Part shown: in pieces, positions 38,569 to 48,649 of the stretch
Numbering within the stretch: the first letter of the stretch is position 1
Layout of the letters: every line of letters starts with the position of its first letter
Source of the DNA: Escherichia phage RB16
DNA: 64,000 bases
Sequence record: NC_014467.1
Reading direction: 5' to 3' (one strand)
Notes under the pieces: model-generated
The model's input: only the letters and a program-made list of their open reading frames with translations
Database searches by the model: none
What the model was told of the DNA's origin: nothing
Translations under genes and position numbers: made by a program

Positions 38569-38796
38569 ATGATTATTCAGGTATCGGTTCAGGGCAATAC
38601 CCTGACAGTAACAAATTCCATTATGACCGCTATGGCTGCATGTCGTGATCATGTCATGTCAAACCCTCCGGTAACGGAAATTCTGGAAATTGATGTATGG
38701 GAAGATGGTGTGATCGAAGAATCCTTTGGTTTCACTCCGTTAGAGGAAGATTTACGCAAAATGGAACAATGGCTATGGCAAACTGTACCCCAATGA
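38569..38796 (+). CDS. hypothetical protein
   Basis: Start placed at MIIQVSVQ (RBS GAGGTGAG). Confidence 0.4.
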   Translation: MIIQVSVQGNTLTVTNSIMTAMAACRDHVMSNPPVTEILEIDVWEDGVIEESFGFTPLEEDLRKMEQWLWQTVPQ

Positions 38797-39050
38797 AACT
38801 ACCAAAACACACAACCCTGTTAACCCGCGAAAAACTTCATTCTGTTGAATGGAGTCCGTTAGATGTGATGGTGTTCGATCTGGAATCCAAAATCATTAAC
38901 GCTCATGTTAACGGATTGAGTATCTTTTCTGTTGAATTTGAAAAGATTCGCGGGTACAATGAAGCCTGTAAAGACAAATTGCGCGTCATGGTTGAAGCTA
39001 TGGGCTACATCGTGACTATTGAAGACAACAAAATGTGGATCGCGCTATGA
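38793..39050 (+). CDS. hypothetical protein
   Basis: Start placed at MKLPKHTT; ATGA coupling on both sides. Confidence 0.4.
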   Translation: MKLPKHTTLLTREKLHSVEWSPLDVMVFDLESKIINAHVNGLSIFSVEFEKIRGYNEACKDKLRVMVEAMGYIVTIEDNKMWIAL

Positions 39051-39628
39051 GCAAAGTAAAAGCAGTTTTCGCCGTTGGTCATGATATGTACGAAGTGGAC
39101 TATGCTTTCGGTTATGAACAGGGTTTGCCGTGGGGCCACTGCAAAGAGGATTTGCAGAACTTCAAAGCAGAAACCGCAAATAGCGTCCTGATCATGGGTG
39201 CGAACACTTTTACTTCTCTGCCTGGTAAATTGCCAGGGCGAGTGCATTGCGTTCTGTCTGCGTCCGGTCAACGTCTGGTAACGAAGAACGGGAATACCGC
39301 TGATTACATCATCCACGGCGGCGGGTTGTCTGCTGCAATCGACGTGATGAAAGCAACGCATCCAGATAGTGATGTGTGTATCATTGGCGGTAAGGGGTTG
39401 CTTCTGGAAGCAATCAATAATAAACTGGTTGATGAAGTGGTTGTGACCCACATTTACGGACATCATGCATATAATGCACCCGCGTTTAAACGTGATGTTT
39501 CGTTCACTGTTCCTGAATTCTGCGAAGCGGTTCTGAAATATGAACTGACCGATTTCAAAATTCAACAGATCGAATCAAACGAACGCGTCAGAAAAATTAT
39601 CGTCGATCGACATACGAAAAAGGCATAA
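39047..39628 (+). CDS. frd: dihydrofolate reductase
   Basis: DHFR motifs (LPW, GxxTF); sits before td as in T4. Confidence 0.8.
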   Translation: MSKVKAVFAVGHDMYEVDYAFGYEQGLPWGHCKEDLQNFKAETANSVLIMGANTFTSLPGKLPGRVHCVLSASGQRLVTKNGNTADYIIHGGGLSAAIDVMKATHPDSDVCIIGGKGLLLEAINNKLVDEVVVTHIYGHHAYNAPAFKRDVSFTVPEFCEAVLKYELTDFKIQQIESNERVRKIIVDRHTKKA

Positions 39629-39629
39629 A

Positions 39630-40484
39630 ATGAAACAATATCTTGATATCGTCAACACCGTTCTAACACACGGTACTGAATCAACCGATCGTACTGGTGT
39701 TGGTACATTGCGCATCTTCGGGATGCAAGCACGTTGGAACCTCGCAGAAGGTTTCCCAGCGACTACCAGCAAACAGCTATTCTTCAAACCGTGTAAGCAT
39801 GAATTACAATGGTTCCTCGAAGGTTCTACCAACGTGGAAACACTGCGTAAAATGACGTGGGGTGAAGATAGCGATAAGCGGACGATCTGGGACGATAACT
39901 ACGAAAATCAGGCTAAAGCGCTGGGTTATACGCATGGTTATCTGGGACCGATCTACGGGCATCAATGGCGCTCATTTGGTGCGGAAGGTTCATTCAGTGG
40001 TGTTGACCAGATTGCTCGAATCGTCAAAGAACTGAAAGAAAAACCAGACGATCGCGGGATCATCGTTTCCGCCTGGAACCCTGTTGATCTTGATGATATG
40101 GCTTTGCGTCCGTGTCACTGTTTCTTCCAGTTCGTCGTAATCAACGGTAAACTGTCTCTACAGTGGTATCAGCGTTCAGTTGATGTCTTCTTAGGGTTGC
40201 CGTTCAATATCGCCTCCTACGCTCTCCTGACGCATATTATCGCTGATATTTGCGGGTATGAAGTGGGTGATCTGGTTTGGACTGGTGGCGATGTCCATAT
40301 CTACAAAAACGCAGTAGAACAAGCGAAAGAGTTGTTGAAGCCGGAACGCGCACCGCTTCCACTTCCGACCCTTTATATGCCGAAGGTAAATAGCTTACTT
40401 GATTTGGATCAAGAATTCTTTGACTCCATCCATTTGAAAGACTATAATCACCACGGCTCGCTAAAAGCAGCTATGGCAGTATAA
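39630..40484 (+). CDS. td: thymidylate synthase
   Basis: 284 aa; ThyA motifs (RIFGMQARW, catalytic-Cys region LRPCHCFFQF); uninterrupted. Confidence 0.9.
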   Translation: MKQYLDIVNTVLTHGTESTDRTGVGTLRIFGMQARWNLAEGFPATTSKQLFFKPCKHELQWFLEGSTNVETLRKMTWGEDSDKRTIWDDNYENQAKALGYTHGYLGPIYGHQWRSFGAEGSFSGVDQIARIVKELKEKPDDRGIIVSAWNPVDLDDMALRPCHCFFQFVVINGKLSLQWYQRSVDVFLGLPFNIASYALLTHIIADICGYEVGDLVWTGGDVHIYKNAVEQAKELLKPERAPLPLPTLYMPKVNSLLDLDQEFFDSIHLKDYNHHGSLKAAMAV

Positions 40485-40524
40485 ACAAAGGGGGCGAAAG
40501 CCCCTTTCTTAACAAGGTAAGATA

Positions 40525-42777
40525 ATGAGTGATATTAAAACAGTAGTAAAATCTTCTGGCGTAAGTCAGACATTTGAAAAAGAAAAACTGTTCAAAGTCC
40601 TTAATTGGGCGAGTGCTGGAAAGAATATTGATGTTAACGCATTCCTTGAAAATGTTGTTGACCTGCTTCGTGATGGTATGACTACCAAACAGATCCAGGC
40701 TGTAGCAATCAAGTATGCAGCGGATCGAATCTCCGTTAAAGAACCTGACTGGCAGTATGTAGCGGCTAACCTCGAAATGTTCGCCCTTCGTAAAACCGTT
40801 TACGGGCAGTTTGACCCGATCCCGTTCTACGAACACATCACTAAGCTGGTTGAGGCAGGAAAATACGATAAAGAAATCCTGACCAAATGGACTAAATCCG
40901 ATATCGAATATTTCGAAGAGAATATTAATCACGATAAAGATTTTGAATTCTCTTATGCTGGCGTTCAACAGTTGATCGGGAAATATCTGTTGCAGGATCG
41001 CACCAACGGCGATATCTACGAAACACCACAGTATGCATTCATGCTGATTGCGATGTGTTTACACCAGGATGAACCGCGCACCCTGTCGGCGTTTAATCAT
41101 GTGGTTGACTTCTATAACGCAATTTCGGATCGTAAACTGTCATTACCTACGCCTATTATGGCGGGTGTGCGTACTCCTACGCGTCAGTTCTCCAGTTGTG
41201 TTGTAATCGAATCTGGTGATTCTCTGGGTTCTCTGAACGCTGTTACGTCCGCGATCGTGAAATATATCTCTCAACGTGCGGGTATCGGTGTCAACGCCGG
41301 ACACATTCGCGCTATGGGTTCAAAAATCCGTGGTGGTGAAGCAGTCCATACAGGCGTTATCCCGTTCTGGAAACACATTCAGACGGCGGTTAAATCTTGT
41401 TCCCAGGGTGGCGTTCGTGGTGGTGCAGCAACCCTGTATTATCCGATCTGGCATCTTGAAGTTGAAAACCTGCTGGTTCTGAAAAATAACCGTGGCGTTG
41501 AAGAAAACCGTATTCGTCACCTGGACTATGGCGTACAGCTTAACGATTTGATGTATAAGCGTTTAATCAATAACGATTACATCACTCTGTTCAGCCCTGA
41601 CGTTGCGAATGATCGCCTCTATGACGCGTTCTATCAAGCGGATCAGACTGAGTTTGAAGAACTCTATACCAGTCTGGAAAAAGACCCAGCGGTACGCAAG
41701 AAACGTATTAAAGCGGTAGATCTGTTCCAGTTGCTTGTTCAGGAACGCGCACAGACCGGACGCAAATACATTTTCAACAGTCACCATGTAAACCAGCAGG
41801 GTAGTTTCTCTGTTCCGATTCGTATGTCGAACCTGTGCTGTGAAATCGCGATCCCAACTTCACCGCTGGATGATGATGATAAACTGGCTGGCGAAATTGG
41901 ACTGTGTACGCTTATGGCGATCGTTCTCGATAATGCCGATATAAGCGAATTCCCAGCCCTTACACGCATCGCAGTACGCGCACTGGATAACTTGCTGGAT
42001 TACCAGAACTACCCTGTTGCGGCGGCTCTGAAAGCCAAACAGCGTCGTTCTCTGGGTGTGGGTATCACCAACTATGCATCATGGCTGGCAAGCAACTATT
42101 GCGACTACTCCGAAGCATACGCCGGAAACGTTCATGAGTTGATGGAAGCGTTTCAATTTAACCTGCTGGTTGCCTCTATGGAACTCGCACAGGAACGCGG
42201 TGCATGTGGACTGTTCCACGAAACGAAATATGCACAAGGGCTGTTGCCTATTGACTGGTACTGCAAAAACGTTGATGAACTGGCATCACCTGTGTATAAC
42301 TGCGACTGGGAATGGTTACGCGGTGAAATCAAAAAACATGGCTTGCGTAACTCAACACTTTCTGCTTTAATGCCTTGTGAAAGTAGCTCACAGGTGAGTA
42401 ACTCAACCAACGGGATCGAACCTCCACGCGGCCCTGTGAGTGTGAAATCTTCTAAGGAAGGTTCATTCAATCAGGTAGTACCGAACCAGAATAATCAGAT
42501 TGACTTCTATGATTATCTCTGGACAATGGCAAAACGCGGAAATAAAGGTTATCTGGCTCACGTAGCGGTTATGCAGAAGTTTGTTGATCAGGCTATCTCT
42601 GCAAACACCAACTATGATCCGGCTAACTTCCCAGATGGTAAAGTGAAATCTGAAATCATCCTTGAAGATCTGCTGTATGCAAACTATTTCGGCATCAAAA
42701 CGCTGTACTACCACAACACCCGCGACGGTGCAGGTGAGGAAGAAGCGGAAGATTCATGTGAGGGATGCAAAATTTAA
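40525..42777 (+). CDS. nrdA: ribonucleoside-diphosphate reductase large subunit (class Ia)
   Basis: 750 aa; N-terminal ATP-cone; catalytic region NLCCEI; C-terminal Cys pair CEGCK. Confidence 0.9.
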   Translation: MSDIKTVVKSSGVSQTFEKEKLFKVLNWASAGKNIDVNAFLENVVDLLRDGMTTKQIQAVAIKYAADRISVKEPDWQYVAANLEMFALRKTVYGQFDPIPFYEHITKLVEAGKYDKEILTKWTKSDIEYFEENINHDKDFEFSYAGVQQLIGKYLLQDRTNGDIYETPQYAFMLIAMCLHQDEPRTLSAFNHVVDFYNAISDRKLSLPTPIMAGVRTPTRQFSSCVVIESGDSLGSLNAVTSAIVKYISQRAGIGVNAGHIRAMGSKIRGGEAVHTGVIPFWKHIQTAVKSCSQGGVRGGAATLYYPIWHLEVENLLVLKNNRGVEENRIRHLDYGVQLNDLMYKRLINNDYITLFSPDVANDRLYDAFYQADQTEFEELYTSLEKDPAVRKKRIKAVDLFQLLVQERAQTGRKYIFNSHHVNQQGSFSVPIRMSNLCCEIAIPTSPLDDDDKLAGEIGLCTLMAIVLDNADISEFPALTRIAVRALDNLLDYQNYPVAAALKAKQRRSLGVGITNYASWLASNYCDYSEAYAGNVHELMEAFQFNLLVASMELAQERGACGLFHETKYAQGLLPIDWYCKNVDELASPVYNCDWEWLRGEIKKHGLRNSTLSALMPCESSSQVSNSTNGIEPPRGPVSVKSSKEGSFNQVVPNQNNQIDFYDYLWTMAKRGNKGYLAHVAVMQKFVDQAISANTNYDPANFPDGKVKSEIILEDLLYANYFGIKTLYYHNTRDGAGEEEAEDSCEGCKI

Positions 42778-42806
42778 CGGAGAAGCCCCGAAAGGGGCTT
42801 TTTGAT

Positions 42807-43295
42807 ATGATAACACAATCGCGATTGAAAGAATTATTGACGTATGACAAAGAAACTGGTATTTTTCACTGGAAAGTAAAACTGAATAACAACCATGACA
42901 TAACAAAACCTGCTGGCGTTGTGTATGATGGATATGTTAGGATACAGGTAGACGGTAAAAAATATCGAGCGCACCGATTAGCGTGGTTGTATGTATATGG
43001 CTATATGCCAGAACTTATCGACCACAAAAACGGAATAACTACCGATAATTGGATAGATAATTTGCGGATTGCTTCATGCACTCAAAATCAATACAACAGC
43101 AAGATTCGAAAAGATAACACGTCTGGAATCAAAGGCGTTTCTTTTCATAAAAGAACTGGAAAATGGCAAGCAAAATGCCGTGTTGATGGAATAGTTCATT
43201 ATTTGGGATTATTCCACACAACAACCGAAGCCGAATCCGCTGTAATTGCGTTTCGACATAAACACCATCAAGAATATAGTAACGACGGGAAATAA
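42807..43295 (+). CDS. mobE: HNH-AP2 homing endonuclease between nrdA and nrdB (MobE position)
   Basis: HNH_3 motif HRLAW...IDHKNGITTDNWIDNLR and AP2-like GVSFHKRTGKWQAKC; T4 also carries mobE between nrdA and nrdB. Confidence 0.7.
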   Translation: MITQSRLKELLTYDKETGIFHWKVKLNNNHDITKPAGVVYDGYVRIQVDGKKYRAHRLAWLYVYGYMPELIDHKNGITTDNWIDNLRIASCTQNQYNSKIRKDNTSGIKGVSFHKRTGKWQAKCRVDGIVHYLGLFHTTTEAESAVIAFRHKHHQEYSNDGK

Positions 43296-43296
43296 T

Positions 43297-44472
43297 ATGC
43301 TTACAGTAATGAATACAAACCCAGATCACAAACACTTAGAACAGCCTATGTTCTTTGGCGAAGATACTGGGGTTGCGCGATACGAAGAACAAAAGCATCG
43401 TGTGTTTGAAAATCTTACGGAAAAACAGTTATCCTTCTTTTGGCGTCCAGAAGAAATTGACTTATCGATCGACCGTATGCAGTACGCGAAAATGCCGGAA
43501 CACGAAAAAATCATTTTCGATTCGAACCTGCAATATCAAACCCTGTTGGATACCATTCAGGGGCGCGGCCCTAACCTGGCTTTCCTCCCTATCGCTTCCG
43601 ATGTCTCGATGGAAACGTGGATCGAAACATGGGCGTTCAGTGAAACAATCCATAGCCGCAGTTATACGCACATTCAGCGCAACCTACACATCGACCCGTC
43701 AAAAGAGTTCGATAAAATTCTGCGCAACGAAGCGATCATGAAACGTTCGGCTTCCATGACAAAATACTACGATGACCTGATCGCAGAATGTCACGAACTG
43801 AAAAACATTGTGCTCAAAATCGAAATGTTAACGTCCCACGGATACCCAGACGAATCGATCGCAGAGTACGAAAAGAAACGCAAAGAGCAAATGCGTAAAT
43901 GTAAGATTGCTCTGTACCTGTGTATGCACGCTGTCAACGCTCTGGAAGCGATCCGCTTCTACGTGTCGTTTACCTTCACGTTCAACTTTGCCGAACAAGG
44001 TAAGATGGAAGGTAACGCGAAGATCATGCGTCTGATTGCCCGTGATGAAGCACTTCATCAGAAAGGTACTCAAAGCAAGATCCGACTCTGGCAAATGGGT
44101 AAAGACGACCCAGAAATGGCAGAAATCGCATTCCAGTATGAAGAGGAAGCGACACAGATTTTCCTTGAAGTATACGAACAGGAAAAAGAATGGGCTGAAC
44201 ACCTGTTCTCTATCGGTGACGTAGACGGCGTATCCCTGAAAAGTACGATCGCCTATATCGAACACCTGACGGATCAGCGTATGCGAGCGGTTGGCCTACA
44301 GTCTCCATTTAAACCTTCACCGAACCCGTATCCGTGGATGAATAAATGGTTGAAGTCAGACAACGTACAGGTAGCCCCGCAAGAGGTAGAAGTAAGTTCT
44401 TACCTGGTTGGCAACCTTAACACTGAGATCAGCGACGAAGCCTATGCAAAATGGCGACAAAAATACGCGTAA
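43297..44472 (+). CDS. nrdB: ribonucleoside-diphosphate reductase small subunit
   Basis: Start placed at MLTVMNTNPD; di-iron ligand helices (E...H, EALH) present; uninterrupted. Confidence 0.85.
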   Translation: MLTVMNTNPDHKHLEQPMFFGEDTGVARYEEQKHRVFENLTEKQLSFFWRPEEIDLSIDRMQYAKMPEHEKIIFDSNLQYQTLLDTIQGRGPNLAFLPIASDVSMETWIETWAFSETIHSRSYTHIQRNLHIDPSKEFDKILRNEAIMKRSASMTKYYDDLIAECHELKNIVLKIEMLTSHGYPDESIAEYEKKRKEQMRKCKIALYLCMHAVNALEAIRFYVSFTFTFNFAEQGKMEGNAKIMRLIARDEALHQKGTQSKIRLWQMGKDDPEMAEIAFQYEEEATQIFLEVYEQEKEWAEHLFSIGDVDGVSLKSTIAYIEHLTDQRMRAVGLQSPFKPSPNPYPWMNKWLKSDNVQVAPQEVEVSSYLVGNLNTEISDEAYAKWRQKYA

Positions 44473-44481
44473 GGACATAAC

Positions 44482-45039
44482 ATGATTGATGCGATTCCCG
44501 TTTATACGGGAGTCCATCACAATCTATACGCATACCTGGCGGGTTGTGTTGATTGTGATGGATGGATTAGTGAAAAAGGAAAGAATGGTTATCTGGTTGG
44601 GCTTACACAGCATATTCAACTATGGGATGATATGGTTAGCATTCAATCTGATTTGATTAACGATGGTGTTGATGCAAAATTATATGAAAGAACCAGTAGA
44701 ACAGGATTAGGTAATACGTTGATGTGCAACCTAATTATTCAAAAATCATCGGATCTCTTGATTCTGTTACCGAGAATCATTCCATACCTTCGATTTAAAA
44801 AGCAAAAAGCAGTTGACGCATATTTTAATTTGTGTAAACATTCAGATCTTAATGCAAGTTCATCCGATAATGATATGAAAGGAAGTAAACGAAAGTATTG
44901 GAAGCCGGAAGAAATATCCGAACTAATTCGTTTACATTCGGAGGGTTACAACAACCCAGCGATAGGGATTAAAATGAATCGTTCTACCGATTCAATAAGT
45001 CATAAGTTGCATCGGTTGGGTATCATGAGAAACGAATGA
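44482..45039 (+). CDS. LAGLIDADG-like endonuclease with C-terminal helix-turn-helix
   Basis: 185 aa; motif YLAGCVDCDGWIS fits LAGxxDxDG near the N-terminus; C-terminal sigma-region-4-like HTH. Confidence 0.5.
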   Translation: MIDAIPVYTGVHHNLYAYLAGCVDCDGWISEKGKNGYLVGLTQHIQLWDDMVSIQSDLINDGVDAKLYERTSRTGLGNTLMCNLIIQKSSDLLILLPRIIPYLRFKKQKAVDAYFNLCKHSDLNASSSDNDMKGSKRKYWKPEEISELIRLHSEGYNNPAIGIKMNRSTDSISHKLHRLGIMRNE

Positions 45040-45446
45040 TGGAATCGAAAGTTTATAGAATGTCTCTTGACAAATGCGGTCGAATAGACCGCAGTTTTAT
45101 CAAGTGTGGTGAGTTAAGAAATTGCGTTTACTGTATTGAAATCGACGGCGTGATCGTGTATGTTGGTAAAGCAAAAGACATGTGGAAGCGATTAGATACG
45201 TACAGGAATTCAAAATACTGGAGGGAAGCAAACCCCAGCAACATTTTGAAAACCGCACGTCTGGAAATGGCAATCAAAAAACGTAAGCGTGTGAATCTCA
45301 TTGTGACAACACACGACGAAAACACATATCATAATTTTGAAATAAACATGATCCGAAAAATTAATCCTGAATGGAATAAACAGCACTATGACAAAGCTAA
45401 CCAAAAACCAGAAAACACTCTTCAACCAATTAATGAAGTTGTGTAA
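45036..45446 (+). CDS. denA: endonuclease II (DenA, GIY-YIG family)
   Basis: 136 aa (same as T4 EndoII); VYVGKAKDMWKRLDTYR and C-terminal INPEWNKQH resemble T4 DenA. Confidence 0.7.
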   Translation: MMESKVYRMSLDKCGRIDRSFIKCGELRNCVYCIEIDGVIVYVGKAKDMWKRLDTYRNSKYWREANPSNILKTARLEMAIKKRKRVNLIVTTHDENTYHNFEINMIRKINPEWNKQHYDKANQKPENTLQPINEVV

Positions 45447-46545
45447 CGAAACCGAATGCTTTTACTTTATTGACCAAAAAACCGTAATGCAAACCCACGT
45501 TCGCATTTTCAACTATCGTATGGCAAGTTACAGCGATTGGTTGAAACCTGGTGCGCTGGAGTGTCGCGGTATTATGTTTGCGATGGATGGAGACACCCCC
45601 GTAAAACTCGTCAGCCGTCCTATGGAGAAGTTTTTCAACTATGCTGAGGTAAAGGCATGGGAAGCACTTAAAGAGGCTCCTGTGACGATTGGCGACACCG
45701 TAGTTGATGTGATGATCAAAGAAGATGGTTCCTTAATCTCAACCTTCTGCGATTCCGGCTATCTGGGCGTTAAATCTAAAGCGTCAGTTCAGTCTGAACA
45801 GGCTATGGATGCTATGAGCGTGATCCAATCTAACCGCGCATTGTTCGATCGCCTGACCGAACTGGTGGTTGATGGGTTCACCGTTAACATGGAATACGTC
45901 GCACCGACTAACCGCATTGTAATTGGTTATCAAGACCCCGCTGTTGTGATCCTGAACATCCGTAATAACGACACGGGCGAATACGTCGATTATCAGGACA
46001 TCTTCGCAGATAGTGTATTACGTCCGTTCCTTGTTGAGCGTGAGAAAATCGAAGTCACCGATCTGGATGCATTCATTACCGAAGCCTACACGAAAGAAGG
46101 TTTTGAGGGTTACGTAATCAAAACTGATAAAGGGTTCGTGAAAGCGAAAACTAACTGGTACGTAAACCTACACCGCACGAAAGATAGCATCAACAATAAT
46201 AAGGATCTGTTCTTAAATATTGTTGAAAATACCGTCGATGACCTGAAACAAATGTTCCTCGATGATATGTACGCACTCAAGAAAATTGACGCATTCGAAA
46301 CGTTATTCCTTGATAGTCTGAATCGTCTGACTGCAAAAGCATTCCAGTCAATCGAAGACACGAAAGGCAAATCACGCAAAGATTACGCGATCGCCCTGAG
46401 TTCTGACTTAACCCCTGACGGTCGTATCATCTTCGGGCCTATGATGCGTTATTTTGATGATACCGATAAGCAAAAGCTGGTCGATAACATCGTTGCATTA
46501 ATGGCGAAGAACTACGAACAGTTTATACCGGAAGAATATAAATGA
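45388..46545 (+). CDS. rnlA: RNA ligase 1
   Basis: 385 aa; strong resemblance to T4 Rnl1 (YSDWLKPGALECRGIMF.MDG, VAPTNRIV, EGYV, KIDAFET, FIPEEY). Confidence 0.85.
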   Translation: MTKLTKNQKTLFNQLMKLCNETECFYFIDQKTVMQTHVRIFNYRMASYSDWLKPGALECRGIMFAMDGDTPVKLVSRPMEKFFNYAEVKAWEALKEAPVTIGDTVVDVMIKEDGSLISTFCDSGYLGVKSKASVQSEQAMDAMSVIQSNRALFDRLTELVVDGFTVNMEYVAPTNRIVIGYQDPAVVILNIRNNDTGEYVDYQDIFADSVLRPFLVEREKIEVTDLDAFITEAYTKEGFEGYVIKTDKGFVKAKTNWYVNLHRTKDSINNNKDLFLNIVENTVDDLKQMFLDDMYALKKIDAFETLFLDSLNRLTAKAFQSIEDTKGKSRKDYAIALSSDLTPDGRIIFGPMMRYFDDTDKQKLVDNIVALMAKNYEQFIPEEYK

Positions 46546-46868
46546 CATTACCCGCCTTTCCAAAGTTAACTTCTTTGGTGTGGCCTGTACTTGTTGCCCT
46601 GTCTCTGGCAGGGCTTTTGTACATGACAATCACGCTGAAAAGTGAAAACGATCAATTGGCTAAAGATATCAAAGAGTTACGCGATGATGTCAAAAAAGTC
46701 AAAGAGACAAACAACACCAATACGGTGATCTACGTCGAACAAAAAGCGAAGGATCAGCAGTTGGTCAAGGATGCCGGACGTAAAGACCTGCTGTTCAAGA
46801 AACCAGGACTGATCGAAATCAAGATCAATAAATCCTTCGAAGAGTATATGAGAGATTTCGAAAAATGA
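46542..46868 (+). CDS. i-spanin (inner-membrane spanin subunit)
   Basis: 108 aa; N-terminal TM followed by charged coiled-coil region; directly upstream of lipoprotein ORF. Confidence 0.5.
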   Translation: MTLPAFPKLTSLVWPVLVALSLAGLLYMTITLKSENDQLAKDIKELRDDVKKVKETNNTNTVIYVEQKAKDQQLVKDAGRKDLLFKKPGLIEIKINKSFEEYMRDFEK

Positions 46869-47191
46869 AAATAACGACATTAGCCCTTGTTCTGGGCGTT
46901 CTGTTGGTCGGGTGTGCTGAGAAGCCCCCTGAAAAGATTTTGCCGACTTTACCCGCTAAGGTAAACCCTGTTGATGTGAAATGGAAAGTAATAGCGGAAG
47001 TAAGGGAAATCGACGGGAAGAAATATCTCGTTATGCCGTTTGACGGCAACCCATACGTTGCGCTATCATATCCAGACTCATTGATTTTTCGTAGCTGGAT
47101 GAATGACGTTAAGCGACAGAAAGATCAAACCGATAATATCCTATGTGCCGTGGGATATTCTGAAAAATGTAAATTGAGAGATTCTAAATGA
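46865..47191 (+). CDS. o-spanin (outer-membrane lipoprotein spanin subunit)
   Basis: 108 aa; signal peptide with lipobox LLVGC; 4-nt coupling with i-spanin. Confidence 0.55.
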   Translation: MKITTLALVLGVLLVGCAEKPPEKILPTLPAKVNPVDVKWKVIAEVREIDGKKYLVMPFDGNPYVALSYPDSLIFRSWMNDVKRQKDQTDNILCAVGYSEKCKLRDSK

Positions 47192-48075
47192 ACTTGTTTA
47201 TTACTGTAGGCGTACCAGGTAGCGGGAAAACTACATGGGCGAAAGAAAAAGCGCGTCAACTGGGGAACACTCTGACTGTTTCCCGTGACGATATCCGTCG
47301 AACCCTTTATTGTGCTGGCGGTGATCTAACTGGCTACCGCTTCACCGAAGAGAAAGAAAAACTGGTAACTCAGATGCAAACCAATATTGTTCTTAGTGCT
47401 CTGGGGCATGGAAAGAACGTTATTGTACACAATACGCATCTTAAACCAGGCGACCATATCTTCTGGAAAGAACTCGCGAAAGGAACAGGCGCGGAGTTGC
47501 ATTTCGAATACTTTGATGTTGATATCGTCGAACTGCTGAAGCGCAACCATAAACGCGGTGTAAATGCTTTGCCTGTCTCCCGTGTATGGGAAATGTTTAC
47601 ACAGTATCGTAAATTGCGTGGTTGGGTTCCGGCTATACAGTACGCAGATCCAAACAAACCAAAATGCGTTATCTTCGACGTTGACGGAACGTTAACCAAA
47701 GTTGGACAGCGTAGCCCGTATGACTTCACGAAGGTAATCGACGATCCTGCTAACCCTCCGGTTCAGGAACTGTTCAGGATGTATAAAGCCGCTGGTTATG
47801 CCTGTGTTGTTGTATCGGGGCGTGAGGGTACTGTACAGTGCGCACATGATACCGCTGCAAGCCTGATCGGGTATGATGTTGACCTGAGTGATGGTATTTT
47901 CATGCGTGAAGAAGGTGATCACCGTCACGATTTTCACGTAAAAGAGCAAATACTTGTTGAAAAGATTCTCGATAAGTATTATCCTGTTCTTGCAGTGGAC
48001 GACCGAGACACCCCTACCGGAATGTGGCGAATGAACGGTATCCCATGTTTCCAGGTTGATTACGGCGACTTCTAA
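47188..48075 (+). CDS. pseT: polynucleotide 5'-kinase/3'-phosphatase
   Basis: 295 aa; kinase P-loop GVPGSGKTT and HAD phosphatase motif VIFDVDGTL, with C-terminal DDR. Confidence 0.85.
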   Translation: MNLFITVGVPGSGKTTWAKEKARQLGNTLTVSRDDIRRTLYCAGGDLTGYRFTEEKEKLVTQMQTNIVLSALGHGKNVIVHNTHLKPGDHIFWKELAKGTGAELHFEYFDVDIVELLKRNHKRGVNALPVSRVWEMFTQYRKLRGWVPAIQYADPNKPKCVIFDVDGTLTKVGQRSPYDFTKVIDDPANPPVQELFRMYKAAGYACVVVSGREGTVQCAHDTAASLIGYDVDLSDGIFMREEGDHRHDFHVKEQILVEKILDKYYPVLAVDDRDTPTGMWRMNGIPCFQVDYGDF

Positions 48076-48081
48076 AAACAG

Positions 48082-48109
48082 TTGACAGTGATTGCTGGTA
48101 TGATAAGAT
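48082..48109 (+). promoter_or_regulatory. sigma70-like promoter: TTGACA, 16-bp spacer, TGaTAAGAT
   Basis: Consensus -35 and extended -10 upstream of 48135 ORF. Confidence 0.4.
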
Positions 48110-48134
48110 ACCCGCACACAAAAGGAGATATATT

Positions 48135-48401
48135 ATGATCGAACGTGAAAATGTAAATGTAATGGTTGAACTGGGTGATCGTGTTAATGTTGATAATCCG
48201 GTTGATTTACAACTGAAACTGAACCAGTTAGGCCAGCGTCTTGTTGATCGGCTTCCTGCTGGTTACAACGTGAAACTTGTCCGTGACGGTCAGTTCTCCT
48301 TCCTGCTGGGGATTATTAGTCAACGTGGTATCGTTGAACAACAGTTCGGAATCCAATGGAATCCGGTTTCTAAATTCGTAACGTGGGCTGGTGTATTATG
48401 A
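48135..48401 (+). CDS. hypothetical protein
   Basis: 88 aa; RBS AAGGAG. Confidence 0.45.
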   Translation: MIERENVNVMVELGDRVNVDNPVDLQLKLNQLGQRLVDRLPAGYNVKLVRDGQFSFLLGIISQRGIVEQQFGIQWNPVSKFVTWAGVL

Positions 48402-48649
48402 ACGAAGCTAAAAAGATCCATCAAGCATGGTTGTTGATGGATACCCGAATGGTTCGATATGGTTGTGTTTTTGGTTTGGTTGACAACGATCCGAAATTGG
48501 ATATTGTAACAAGTCCGGTTGTTGAATACGAAATTCCTAGTGATAATTCGTATGTGATCGTGAAAACTCGTTCTGGTAGTACATATCATATTGTCGAACC
48601 AGACAACAATTTTCTGAAAGACCTTCTGAAATACATGGGCGACCGATGA
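48398..48649 (+). CDS. hypothetical protein
   Basis: Start placed at MNEAKKIH (ATGA coupling). Confidence 0.4.
   Translation: MNEAKKIHQAWLLMDTRMVRYGCVFGLVDNDPKLDIVTSPVVEYEIPSDNSYVIVKTRSGSTYHIVEPDNNFLKDLLKYMGDR

Noticed and set aside
39630-44472. Possible group I introns or inteins in td, nrdA and nrdB (as in T4 td and nrdB)
   Set aside because: All three ORFs are continuous and of canonical length with motifs in order; no interrupting sequence is evident. The homing endonucleases here are free-standing genes between ORFs.
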